A DNA stretch of 63,803 bases from Alphaproteobacteria bacterium (GCA_029266575.1 JAQSWP010000010.1:1-63803); one strand, 5' to 3'; shown: positions 37,141 through 45,878, counted from the first letter of the stretch. The notes: generated from the sequence alone by a model not told the origin. Translations and numbers: made by a program.

Positions 37141-37977
37141 TTACTTCGCGGCCTGCTGCCACGAGCTACGCACCGCCGGCACGTGAATCTGGCCTTCGAG
37201 ATAGGGCACGGCCTGGCCGGAGATGATGACCCGGCTGCCCTTCAAAGTGACGAAGAGCTCGCCGCCGCGCTGCGATACCTGCAAGGCATGCAGTGCGCTC
37301 TTCTTCAGCCGCTTGGCCCAATAGGGCGTGAGCAGGCAATGCGCCGAGCCGGTGACCGGATCTTCCGGCACGCCGACATGCGGAGCGAAATAGCGCGACA
37401 CGAAATCGGCCGGCCGCTCGCCCGCACCCGCTGGCGCGGTGACGATCAGGCCATAACCTTCCAAGGCCGCGACCTTCTCGAGATCCGGACGCGCCGCCCG
37501 CACCGCGGCGGAGCTGGGTAGCACCGCCATGATCTTCTCCGCCTTCAGCACTTCCAGCGGCGTCTGGCCCAGCGCCTCCGCCACCATCTCGCGCAGGCCC
37601 TGATCCACCGGCAGCGGCGGCCTGGAGGGGAAGTCGAGATTGAAGCGGGCGCCGTCGCGCTCGACCGTCAGCAGGCCGGAGCGGGTGTGGAACTTCATCT
37701 TCTGCCGCTTGGGCTGCAGATAGGTGACGATCACATAGCCGGTGGCCAAGGTCGCGTGGCCGCACAGATCGACCTCGCGCTTGGGCGTGAACCAGCGCAG
37801 CTCGAACTCCTCGCCGCGCTGGATGAAGAACGCGGTCTCGGACACGTTGTTCTCCGCCGCGATCGACTGCAGCACGGCATCGGGCAGCCAGTCGTCCAGC
37901 GGCACCACCGCCGCCGGATTGCCGGCGAACAATCGACTGGCGAACGCATCGACGTGATAAAGAGGCAACTTGATCAT
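37141..37977 (-). CDS. PhzF family isomerase
   Basis: 278 aa. Motifs LYHVDAFASRLFAGNPAAVV, NVSETAFF and DLCGHATLA. Confidence 0.9.
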   Translation of the reverse strand: MIKLPLYHVDAFASRLFAGNPAAVVPLDDWLPDAVLQSIAAENNVSETAFFIQRGEEFELRWFTPKREVDLCGHATLATGYVIVTYLQPKRQKMKFHTRSGLLTVERDGARFNLDFPSRPPLPVDQGLREMVAEALGQTPLEVLKAEKIMAVLPSSAAVRAARPDLEKVAALEGYGLIVTAPAGAGERPADFVSRYFAPHVGVPEDPVTGSAHCLLTPYWAKRLKKSALHALQVSQRGGELFVTLKGSRVIISGQAVPYLEGQIHVPAVRSSWQQAAK

Positions 37978-38021
37978 GGTCGCTTCGCTCCTCCCCGGAG
38001 CGCCTTCTGAAAAAGTGTCGT

Positions 38022-38612
38022 TCAGCCCTTAAGGCGGCTTTGCAGCTTCGCCTTCACTTCGGACCACTCGGAATCGATCACGCTGAAGTACACGCTGTGT
38101 CGGTAACTGCCATCCGGCATGATCATGTGATTGCGGAAGGTTCCTTCCTCGACTGCGCCGATGCGGGCCAGCGCCCGGCGCGAGGCTTCGTTGCGATGAT
38201 GGGTCTTGAACTCGACGCGAATGCAGCCGAGCCGCTCGAACGCGTTCTCCAGCATCAGAAGCTTGGCTTCGGTGTTGACCGGGGTGCGTTGGTGCGAGCG
38301 CCTGATCCATGTCCAGCCGATCTCGACCCGGCGATTGGTCCGATCGATGCTGCCATAGGATGAAGAGCCGACGATCTCACCGCTCGCCTTGTCGTGGGTG
38401 ACGAAGGTTATGTGCTCGCCCTTCGCCATTTTCTGGCAATTGTCCGCCACGAACGCGTCGAATGCGGCGCGTTCGGTAGGCGGCGCGATGGTGAACCAGC
38501 GGAAGATCGCAGGATCGTCGCTGGCGGCCGCGAACAGGCCGGCGGCATGGGCTGGAGCCACCGGCTCCAGCCGCACGTGCCTGCCTTCAAGTGTCGTTGG
38601 CGCGATTTGCAC
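38022..38612 (-). CDS. GNAT family N-acetyltransferase (RimJ/RimL-like)
   Basis: 196 aa. Motifs LEGRHVRLEPV and HHRNEASRRALARIGAVEEGTFRNH. Confidence 0.85.
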   Translation of the reverse strand: MQIAPTTLEGRHVRLEPVAPAHAAGLFAAASDDPAIFRWFTIAPPTERAAFDAFVADNCQKMAKGEHITFVTHDKASGEIVGSSSYGSIDRTNRRVEIGWTWIRRSHQRTPVNTEAKLLMLENAFERLGCIRVEFKTHHRNEASRRALARIGAVEEGTFRNHMIMPDGSYRHSVYFSVIDSEWSEVKAKLQSRLKG

Positions 38613-38651
38613 GGCTCATCTCTCCCCGGCCGGGCTGCCCGCGCTAGCGGG

Positions 38652-38921
38652 CTACAGCCGATCCCAAACCGACGGTCCAAAGGCGCGACCGACATCGCGC
38701 GCGTTCAGACCAATGTCATCGAGCATCCGGTGATCGAGGCTCAGCAGCGCGCGTTTCTGTCGCTGCGCATCGTGCCATCGCGAAATGGATTTCCCGGATT
38801 TGACCATGGCGCGGACAACCAGACGCGCTACGGCTACGACGATCTCATTGATCGTCAGATCGAGCCGATGGGTGGTTGGGGCGAACCGCGTTGTATTCAT
38901 TGTCTCCATGGTTTTCTCCAA
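38652..38921 (-). CDS. DUF1127 domain-containing small protein
   Basis: The C-terminal QRQKRALLSLDHRMLDDIGLNARDV matches the DUF1127 signature. The start is ambiguous (TTG 38921, ATG 38909 or ATG 38900). Confidence 0.7.
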   Translation of the reverse strand: MEKTMETMNTTRFAPTTHRLDLTINEIVVAVARLVVRAMVKSGKSISRWHDAQRQKRALLSLDHRMLDDIGLNARDVGRAFGPSVWDRL

Positions 38922-39002
38922 TGTAACAGGACAATGCCTGTAATGCGGTATTTAGACTGTTGACATTGTCTCGGTCAACGTGAACATTGTCACCATGACA
39001 AT
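38898..39002. promoter_or_regulatory. array of GACAAT(G)/CATTGTC words and two inverted repeats in the divergent control region
   Basis: CATTGTC at 38898-38904, 38964-38970 and 38985-38991. GACAATG at 38930-38936 and GACAAT at 38997-39002. Inverted repeat ATTGTCA-CCA-TGACAAT at 38986-39002. Inverted repeat GTTGAC-N9-GTCAAC at 38959-38979. Confidence 0.4.
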
Positions 39003-40383
39003 TTGGGCACCCGAGCTTGGGGAAAACGGCGGGCCGATCTATTTGGCCATCGCCGACGCGCTGGCCGACGACATCAGCCGCGGCCGCCTCGAGGCGCGCA
39101 CGCGCCTGCCGACGCATCGCGATCTGGCCTACCGGCTAGGCGTCACCGTCGGCACCATCACCCGCGCCTATGCCGAGGCCGAGCGCCGCGGGCTGGTCTA
39201 TGGCGAGGTCGGGCGCGGCACCTTCGTGCGTGGCCAGGTGACCGGCGATGCGACGCATTTCATTTCCGGCGTCGAGCCGGCGCTCGATCGCATCGATCTG
39301 ACCTTGAACTTCGCGTTCGGTCCGCAGCGCGACCAGGCGATCGCGCGCACCATGGCGGAGTTCGCGCGCCGTCCCGATATGAGCCGCTATCTCGGCTACC
39401 TGCCGCATCGCGGCCTGCCGGAGCATCGCGCCGCCGCCGCGCAATGGCTGAACAAGCTGGGGCTGGAAACCGAGCCCGATCAGATCATCGTCACTTCCGG
39501 CGGCCAGCACGGTATGATGACGGTGTTCAGTGCGCTGTGCCGGCCGGGCGACGTGGTGCTGTGCGAGCATCTGACCTACGCCGGCATGAAGGCGCTGGCC
39601 AATCATCTCGAGCTGCGCCTGCATGGCGTCGCCATCGACGAGCACGGCCTGGTGCCGGCCGCGTTCGATGCCGCGATCCGCGCCACCCATGCGCGCATCG
39701 CCTATGTGCAGCCGACCATGCAGAACCCAACCGGCCGCATGATGCCGGAAGAGCGCCGCCGCGACATCGCCACCATCGCCCGCCAGCATGGCGTCATGCT
39801 GGTGGAGGACGATGTTTATGGCCCACTGCCGAGCAAACGCGTGCCGCCGATCGCCAGCATGGCGCCTGACACCACGATCTACCTGACCTCGACCTCCAAA
39901 TGCATGGCGCCCGGATTGCGCATCGGCTATCTCGCGGCGCCCAAGGCGCTGATCGAGCGGCTGGGCCTGCCGGTGCGCGCCACGGTGTGGATGGCGCCGC
40001 CGATCGAGGCGGAGATCGCGCGGCAATGGATGAGCGATGGCACGGTCGATCGCATCGTCGAGGAGTTGCGCGGCGAAGCGGTGCAGCGCCAGGCCATGGC
40101 CTCGAACATCCTGGGCATCAACACCGCCAGCCATGACGGGTGTTTCCTGATCTGGATGCCACTGCCGCGCGGCTGGCGGGTCGGCGAGTTCGTCGCCGAA
40201 TGCAGCCGCCAGGGGGTCGATATTTCCGGCGCCGATTCCTTTGCCGTCGAGCCGCTGCCGATCCCGGAGGCCGTGCGGCTGTGCGTCGGCGCGCCACCGA
40301 CGCGCGCCCTGCTTGAGAAGGGCTTGCATGTGGTGCGCTCTGTGCTGCACAGCGCGCCCGGCCGCAATCTCTCTGTCGTTTAG
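38980..40383 (+). CDS. MocR/PdxR-type regulator (GntR wHTH fused to aminotransferase-like PLP domain)
   Basis: wHTH RLPTHRDLAYRLGVTVGTITRAYAEAERRG. PLP-lysine region LTSTSKCMAPGLRIGY. Start is GTG 38980 or ATG 38995. Confidence 0.9.
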   Translation: MNIVTMTIWAPELGENGGPIYLAIADALADDISRGRLEARTRLPTHRDLAYRLGVTVGTITRAYAEAERRGLVYGEVGRGTFVRGQVTGDATHFISGVEPALDRIDLTLNFAFGPQRDQAIARTMAEFARRPDMSRYLGYLPHRGLPEHRAAAAQWLNKLGLETEPDQIIVTSGGQHGMMTVFSALCRPGDVVLCEHLTYAGMKALANHLELRLHGVAIDEHGLVPAAFDAAIRATHARIAYVQPTMQNPTGRMMPEERRRDIATIARQHGVMLVEDDVYGPLPSKRVPPIASMAPDTTIYLTSTSKCMAPGLRIGYLAAPKALIERLGLPVRATVWMAPPIEAEIARQWMSDGTVDRIVEELRGEAVQRQAMASNILGINTASHDGCFLIWMPLPRGWRVGEFVAECSRQGVDISGADSFAVEPLPIPEAVRLCVGAPPTRALLEKGLHVVRSVLHSAPGRNLSVV

Positions 40384-41108
40384 CGTCCCGCGCTCGCGCG
40401 CAGTTCGAACACGATCGGCACGCTGAGCGACAGCACGCGGCTGCTCTCGTTGCGGAAACGCCAGGTCTTCACCGTCGTCGCCGCCGACTCATCGAGCAAA
40501 GGCGCACCGGAGCTGCGCCCGACCACGACGCTGGTCGGCACGCCGTCGATGCCGATGGTGACATCAAGCACCACCCTGCCCTCCTGACCGCGGCTGCGCG
40601 CCAGCGGCGGATAGGGCGGGATCGGACCATGCAAGACTGAGAACGAGGCAGGCGCCTCGAAGCCGGATGGCGCCTTGGCCTGCTGAGTTTGCTCGCCGCC
40701 AATCGTGCCGGGATTGAGATTGATCGGCGGCTCGAAAGCGCGCGCCGGCGCAGGTTGCGGCTTGGGTGCCGCAGGTTTCACCGGCTCGGGCCTCGGCGGT
40801 TCGGGTTTTTTGGCGAGTTTTTTCGGCTCGGGTGGCGGTGTCGGTTCGGCAACCGGCGCCGGCGGCTGCATAGGCTCGAGCTGCTCGGTTGCCGGCGCTG
40901 CGGCGGCGGGCGCCGGTTCCTGTTCGGTGGCCGGCGCTTCGATCGGCGCGGAGACGATCACCAGCTCGATGCTGAGCACTGGCTCTTCCAACTCTTCCCT
41001 GCGCCAATCGGCCAGCAGGGCAGCGAAGGCAGCCGCATGCAGCACCAGCGAAAAGGCCAGCGCCAGCACGGGAATCGAGTGACGCGGCTTCACTTCAGCC
41101 GCCGCCAT
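40380..41108 (-). CDS. tonB: energy transducer TonB
   Basis: TM IPVLALAFSLVLHAAAFAALL, Pro/Lys/Glu spacer PPPEPKKLAKKPEPPRPEPVKPAAPKP and C-terminal domain YPPLARSRGQEGRVVLDVTIGIDG. Start is ATG 41108 or GTG 41093 (GTGA overlap with the upstream stop). Confidence 0.8.
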   Translation of the reverse strand: MAAAEVKPRHSIPVLALAFSLVLHAAAFAALLADWRREELEEPVLSIELVIVSAPIEAPATEQEPAPAAAAPATEQLEPMQPPAPVAEPTPPPEPKKLAKKPEPPRPEPVKPAAPKPQPAPARAFEPPINLNPGTIGGEQTQQAKAPSGFEAPASFSVLHGPIPPYPPLARSRGQEGRVVLDVTIGIDGVPTSVVVGRSSGAPLLDESAATTVKTWRFRNESSRVLSLSVPIVFELRASAGR

Positions 41109-41866
41109 GGCAACACAAAGGCCTGGCCGTCCGCCGCACCGCGCAGCGGCTGGATGGCGAAGGCTCGTGCCAGATGTTCATCGCGCAACACCGCATCCGG
41201 TGTCCCTTCGGCCAGTACCCGTCCCTCGTGCATTAGCACCAGACGATGGCAGAAGCGGGACGCCAGCGACAGATCGTGCAATACCGCGATAACGCCCATG
41301 CCTTCACCGGCAAGGCGCTGCAGCAACTCCATCACTGCAAGTTGTTGCGCCGGATCGAGCGCCGCCACCGGCTCGTCCAGCAGCAGGATCTCGGGCCGGC
41401 CCGCCAGCGCGCGTGCAAGCAACACCCGGCTGCGCTCGCCGGACGACAGCGTGTCGATCGAGCGGTCGGCCAGAGCATCGGTCCCGGTGGCGCGCATGGC
41501 GGTCAGCACTGCCGCGTCATCGGCAGCGGATTGGCGCTGCAAGCCCCTGCCGTGCGGCAGACGTCCCAGCCCGACCAGATCGACAACCGAGACCGGCCAG
41601 GCGGCAGTGCCCGACTGCTCGACATAGGCGATGCGGCGGGCCCGTTCCGTGGCGCTCAACGTATCCACGCCAGCGTCATCCAACGTCACCGAGCCTGCAT
41701 CCACCGGCAGCAGCGACGCCAGCGCACGCAGCAGGGTGGTCTTGCCTGCACCGTTCGGTCCGATCAGGCCGACGACTTCGCCAGTGACTACCAACATGTC
41801 GATGCCGTTCAGGATGGCGCGCGCGCCACGTCGCAGCCGCAGATTATTGCCTGCGAGCCGGCTCAT
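41090..41866 (-). CDS. btuD: ABC transporter ATP-binding protein, BtuD/FecE type
   Basis: ATG 41866 overlaps the upstream stop (ATGA). Motifs GPNGAGKTTLLRAL, LSSGERSRVLLARAL and ILLLDEPVAALD. Confidence 0.85.
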   Translation of the reverse strand: MSRLAGNNLRLRRGARAILNGIDMLVVTGEVVGLIGPNGAGKTTLLRALASLLPVDAGSVTLDDAGVDTLSATERARRIAYVEQSGTAAWPVSVVDLVGLGRLPHGRGLQRQSAADDAAVLTAMRATGTDALADRSIDTLSSGERSRVLLARALAGRPEILLLDEPVAALDPAQQLAVMELLQRLAGEGMGVIAVLHDLSLASRFCHRLVLMHEGRVLAEGTPDAVLRDEHLARAFAIQPLRGAADGQAFVLPWRRLK

Positions 41867-42837
41867 GGCGCCCGCCGCGCCAGGTTGAGGACCAGATAGA
41901 GGAAGAACGGCGCGCCGATCAGCGCCGTCGCCACGCCCAGCCGCAACTCGACCTCGCCGCCGATCAGCCGCACGGCAATGTCGGCGGCCAAAGTGAGACA
42001 CGCCCCACCGGGAATGGAAATCAGCAACAGCGGCGCCGGACGATGGTCGACCAGCGGCCGCAGCAGATGCGGCACGATCAGGCCGACAAAGCCGATGGCG
42101 CCGGTGACCGCGACGCTGGCGCCGACGGCGAAGGCGACGCCGATCACCGCCAGCCGGCGCAGGCGGCCGATCGAAATACCCAGCGAACGTGCGGTGTCTT
42201 CACCCAGGGTCAGGGCTTCCAGACCGCGGCCGCAGGCCAGCATCAGCGCACCACCGGCGAGGATGAACGGCAGCGCCAGAAAGACATGCTCGAGGCTGCG
42301 ATCCGACAGCGATCCCAGCAGCCAGAATACGACCTCGACCGTGGCATAGGGGTTGGGCGAGAGGTTGAGCGCCAGCGCGGTGAGCGCGCTGGCCAGCGCC
42401 GAAAGTGCCACGCCGGCCAGCAGCAAGGTCGAGATTCGCGGATCGCGCGAAGCCAGCGCCAGCAGCACCATGATGGCGATCAGCGCGCCCGCCACGCCGC
42501 CCAGTGGCAGGCCGAGCGGCAGCATGGTGGAAACGCCGGTGTAGAACGCAATAACCGCGCCAAGTGCGGCGCAACCCGAGACGCCGATCACACCCGGCTC
42601 GGCCAGCGGATTGCGGAACAGGCCCTGCAAGGTCGCACCGGCCAAGCCCAACGTGCCGCCAACCAGCAGGCCCAGCAGCAGGCGCGGCAGGCGCAGCTCG
42701 ATCAGGATCAGCCGGCCGGTTTCCTCGCCCGCCAGCGCCTGGGCCACGATGCCGGGCGCGAATCCGTGCGGGCCCATGCACAGCGACAGCGCCGAGAACG
42801 CGGCACAGGCGAGAAGAAGCGCCGGCATCGCTCTCAT
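41863..42837 (-). CDS. btuC: FecCD/BtuC-type ABC transporter permease
   Basis: Polytopic protein rich in Gly, Ala and Leu, typical of the FecCD family. ATG 42837 overlaps the upstream stop (ATGA); alternative ATG 42828. Confidence 0.85.
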   Translation of the reverse strand: MRAMPALLLACAAFSALSLCMGPHGFAPGIVAQALAGEETGRLILIELRLPRLLLGLLVGGTLGLAGATLQGLFRNPLAEPGVIGVSGCAALGAVIAFYTGVSTMLPLGLPLGGVAGALIAIMVLLALASRDPRISTLLLAGVALSALASALTALALNLSPNPYATVEVVFWLLGSLSDRSLEHVFLALPFILAGGALMLACGRGLEALTLGEDTARSLGISIGRLRRLAVIGVAFAVGASVAVTGAIGFVGLIVPHLLRPLVDHRPAPLLLISIPGGACLTLAADIAVRLIGGEVELRLGVATALIGAPFFLYLVLNLARRAP

Positions 42838-43673
42838 CGCCGCTGCACCCGGGCTTGCGCCAGAAGCGCCGCCGCTTCGGCCACCGAGGGACCGCCGCAG
42901 ATCCACAGCCGCCGCGGCACCGCCACGCGCCGCTCGCCGGCGAAGCGCTGACGCAAGGCAGGGTGATCGAGGAATTCCTGCGCCATCGAACGACGGTCGG
43001 CGGCGGTGTCGTCAACCACTAGAATATCGGGCGGGTTGGCGAGCAGGTTTTCCATGCCAAGGCGGGCATAGCCGCCGACGCCCAGCCGTGCCGCCAGATT
43101 GTCGTAGCCCGCGGCGCGCAATATGGCGTCGGCCAGGGAATTGGCCCCGAAGGCAAAACCGGAAGGCTCGTAAATGGCGGCAGTAAGGCGAGGCTCCGCC
43201 GCCGGCGGCAGGGCGGCGAGGCGTTGCTCGATCGCGGCAATCATCGCGCGGCCTCGCTCCTGCTCTTGCACCGCCTCCGCCACAACGGCGATTTGCGCCA
43301 TCACCGCCGCCAGATCCTGCGGCAGGTCGATCTCGACCACGCGCACGCCCAGCCGCAGCAGCATCGCCACCGCCTGGCGGCCGGCGTATTTATGCGCCAG
43401 CACCAGATCGGGCTTCAGCGCCACGATCTCCTCCGCCAGGCCGCGATTGGCAGGAACGCCCCTGGCCTTCTCCGCCACGGCGGAAAATTCCGGATCGGCG
43501 GCGAGGAAACTGACCGAGGCGATGCGCTCGCGCCCGGCCAGATCGAGCAGCAGCTGGTCGGTGCAAAGATTGAGCGAGACGATGCGCTGCGGTTTCTCCT
43601 GCGCTGAAGCGGGTGCGGACAGGATCGCCAGCAACGCTGCGAGCAGAAACGTCCCTGTCCGGCTGCGGCGCAT
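42834..43673 (-). CDS. btuF: periplasmic substrate-binding protein, BtuF-like (class III)
   Basis: ATG 43673 overlaps the btuB stop (ATGA). Signal peptide MRRSRTGTFLLAALLAILSAPASAQ. Motifs RIVSLNLCTDQLLLDL and LKPDLVLA. Confidence 0.75.
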   Translation of the reverse strand: MRRSRTGTFLLAALLAILSAPASAQEKPQRIVSLNLCTDQLLLDLAGRERIASVSFLAADPEFSAVAEKARGVPANRGLAEEIVALKPDLVLAHKYAGRQAVAMLLRLGVRVVEIDLPQDLAAVMAQIAVVAEAVQEQERGRAMIAAIEQRLAALPPAAEPRLTAAIYEPSGFAFGANSLADAILRAAGYDNLAARLGVGGYARLGMENLLANPPDILVVDDTAADRRSMAQEFLDHPALRQRFAGERRVAVPRRLWICGGPSVAEAAALLAQARVQRR

Positions 43674-45601
43674 CAAAACTTCACGCGCGTGCCAACATAG
43701 GCCGCGATGCCCGGCTGCGCGAAGCCCGCGGGGTCGGTGTATTTCTCGTCGAAGGCGTTTTCCAGGCGACCGTAGAATTGCAGCTGCTCCGTCACCTGAT
43801 AGGACGCGGTGAAGCGGGCCACAGTGTAGCTTGGATTGATGCCGGTCGCGAAGCTGGGCAGGAAGTCGGTGCGATCGTCGTTCCACGTCACCGAGAAACC
43901 CAGCGTCAGCCGCTCGACCGGCGTGATGTCGATCGCTCCGGTGATCTTGTGCTTGGGTCGGCGGGCAAGCTGCATGCCGGTGGCGCGATCCTCCGTCCTG
44001 ATCCAGGTGTGATCGAGCCGCGCCGTCAGCCAGGGCAGCGGTTGGATGGCGATGAAGCTTTCCAAGCCCCAGCTGCGCGCCTTGTCGATGTTGATCAGGG
44101 TGCTGAACGTGAGGTCGAAATCGATCAGGTCGCGGATCCAGTTGCGAAAGTAGGTGGAGCCGAAGCGGACCTTGCCGTCGAACAGCGCCTGTTCGAAACC
44201 GATGTCGAATCCGAGGCTCTTTTCGGGATCGAGATTGGGATTGCCGGAGAAGCCGAAGGCGGGAATGGCGCCATAGAGCTGGTCGAGCGTCGGCGCCTTG
44301 TAGGCGGTGCCGACGGAGGCTTTCAGCTTTGTATCGGTCTCGCGATGCAGGTAGGCGATGCCGGCGCTGAAGGTGGGATGGGCGCCGAATTCGGAATGGT
44401 GATCGATCCGCGCCGCCAGGGTCAGGAACACGCGATCCAAGATCGTCATGCGGTTCTGCAGGAAGGCGCCCAGCGTCGTGGCATCGGCGTCGATTTTCAC
44501 GCCATCGACATTGCTGTCGTACCACTCCTTCTCGCCCTCGACGCCGAACGTCACCTTCCAGCTATCGCTTACCTGCACGTCGTTCTGCCAATCGGCTTTC
44601 AGCCGCTTGCCGACGCGGTGCGAATCGAGTGTGAAGGGAAAGGGAGTGATCGAATCGGGCTCGTCGAGATCGCGGCGATCGACATGGACGTAGCCCAGGC
44701 CGAACGTCTGTTTCCAGCGCCCGTCCAGCAGCAATAGCTCGCCCAGGGCCCGGCCGTAGAACTGCTCGCTTTTCTCGCGCTGATTGGGATCTTCGATCGG
44801 CCAGTTGTCGTATTCGCTGCGCGTCCTGATATAGCGGCCAAACAGCGAGAGCTCGAAATTGTCCGTCACTTCCATGCCCAGCCGCGCATTGACGGTGAAA
44901 TTGCGATAGGGATCGTCCTCGCCCGCCATGCCGGGCGTGCGCTGGCTCTTTGGTGTGACGGAAATGCCGTCGCTGGTGAAGCCGGCCAAGCCGACATTGA
45001 AGTTGAAGCGATCGACGGCGCCCTGCACGGCAGCCGAGCCGGCAAAGCTGTTAAACGAGCCGCCTTCGGCGTTCAGCACCACGGATGGCTTGCCGCTGCC
45101 CTTGCGCGTGATGATGTTGACTACGCCGCCCAGCGCATCCGAACCGTACAGCGTGCTCAAGGGCCCGCGCACGATTTCGACTCGCTCAACCATATCGGCC
45201 AGGATATGGGAAAAGTTGAACGTGCCGTTGGCCGAGCCGGGATCGTTGGCCCGCATCCCATCGACCAGCACCAGCGTGTGATTGGCATTGGTGCCGCGGA
45301 TGAACAGCGAGCTGTCCTTGCCGTAGATGCCGGTTCGATGCGTAGCCAGACCCGGCGCATCGGCGAGGATATCCTGCACCGTCTTGTACTGGCGCCGTTC
45401 GATCTCGGGCCGGTCGACCACGGTGATGGAATTGGCTAGCCGCTCGGTCTTTTCCTCATCGCGCGTGGCGGTGACCACGGTCTCGGGCAGCGTGACGGCA
45501 GCGCTTTGCTGCGCAAGCGCCGCACCTGAAACCAACACGAAAGACGTCGAGAGCAGGAAAGCCCGGAACGGGCGGGGTGGTATCGGAACAGCGAGCGACA
45601 T
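43673..45601 (-). CDS. btuB: TonB-dependent outer-membrane receptor, cobalamin type by riboswitch context
   Basis: ATG 45601 follows GGAGGAA. Signal peptide ending ALAQ, TonB box ETVVTATR and terminal GTRVKF. A cobalamin riboswitch lies directly upstream. Confidence 0.85.
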   Translation of the reverse strand: MSLAVPIPPRPFRAFLLSTSFVLVSGAALAQQSAAVTLPETVVTATRDEEKTERLANSITVVDRPEIERRQYKTVQDILADAPGLATHRTGIYGKDSSLFIRGTNANHTLVLVDGMRANDPGSANGTFNFSHILADMVERVEIVRGPLSTLYGSDALGGVVNIITRKGSGKPSVVLNAEGGSFNSFAGSAAVQGAVDRFNFNVGLAGFTSDGISVTPKSQRTPGMAGEDDPYRNFTVNARLGMEVTDNFELSLFGRYIRTRSEYDNWPIEDPNQREKSEQFYGRALGELLLLDGRWKQTFGLGYVHVDRRDLDEPDSITPFPFTLDSHRVGKRLKADWQNDVQVSDSWKVTFGVEGEKEWYDSNVDGVKIDADATTLGAFLQNRMTILDRVFLTLAARIDHHSEFGAHPTFSAGIAYLHRETDTKLKASVGTAYKAPTLDQLYGAIPAFGFSGNPNLDPEKSLGFDIGFEQALFDGKVRFGSTYFRNWIRDLIDFDLTFSTLINIDKARSWGLESFIAIQPLPWLTARLDHTWIRTEDRATGMQLARRPKHKITGAIDITPVERLTLGFSVTWNDDRTDFLPSFATGINPSYTVARFTASYQVTEQLQFYGRLENAFDEKYTDPAGFAQPGIAAYVGTRVKF

Positions 45602-45603
45602 TT

Positions 45604-45657
45604 GCGGATTCCTCCACGGCAACGACGTTAAGCGCGTCATCGCCAACGGAAATCCGC
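45604..45657 (-). promoter_or_regulatory. SD-sequestering hairpin (expression platform of the riboswitch)
   Basis: The RNA reads GCGGAUUUCC-GUU-GGCGAUGACG-CGCUUAA-CGUCGUUGCC-GUGGA-GGAAUCCGC. The outer arm pairs GGAAUCCGC, which overlaps the SD GGAGGAA just before the AUG, with GCGGAUUUCC (one bulged U). The inner stem is 10 bp with two G-U pairs. Confidence 0.5.
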
Positions 45658-45689
45658 TCCTCCGGGGCACCCCGCCCGATGGAAATGGT

Positions 45690-45878
45690 GACGCTCTCGC
45701 CGGCAGGTCTCCTGGCTTCGCGGGTCGTTGCTAGGGCCCTGGCCTTCCCGGGATCGCTCCCAGTGGCACGTATCGGACCGTCGCTCGCCGCTTACAGTTG
45801 CGGGGGCAGCCGCGGATTAGGCCCCAAGGCCGCACCGCATTCCCTTTCAATCCCCCTTGTCGGGGAACCGTCGATGGC
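45690..45878 (-). promoter_or_regulatory. cobalamin (B12) riboswitch
   Basis: The minus-strand RNA reads ...GGUUCCCCGACAAGGGGAUUGAAAGGGAAUGCGGUGCGGCC...CCUAAUCCGCGGCUGCCCCCGCAACUGUAAGCGG...GUGCCACUGGGAGCGAUCCCGGGAAGGCC...AAGCCAGGAGACCUGCCGGC. This includes the conserved core and B12 box. Boundaries are approximate. Confidence 0.85.

Noticed and set aside
35597-38921. Whether the 3-TM DUF5706-like gene marks a Pycsar or CBASS-type defence system.
   Set aside because: No nucleotide cyclase, SMODS, TIR, nuclease or other defence component lies next to it or anywhere in the window. Its neighbours are metabolic enzymes. Only the orphan gene is reported.
40700-41000. Repetitive Pro/Lys/Glu-coding DNA in tonB (and 55900-56250 in tolA) that could be mistaken for a repeat array.
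   Set aside because: It is in frame and lies inside well-supported TonB/TolA linker regions. There is no spacer-repeat architecture.
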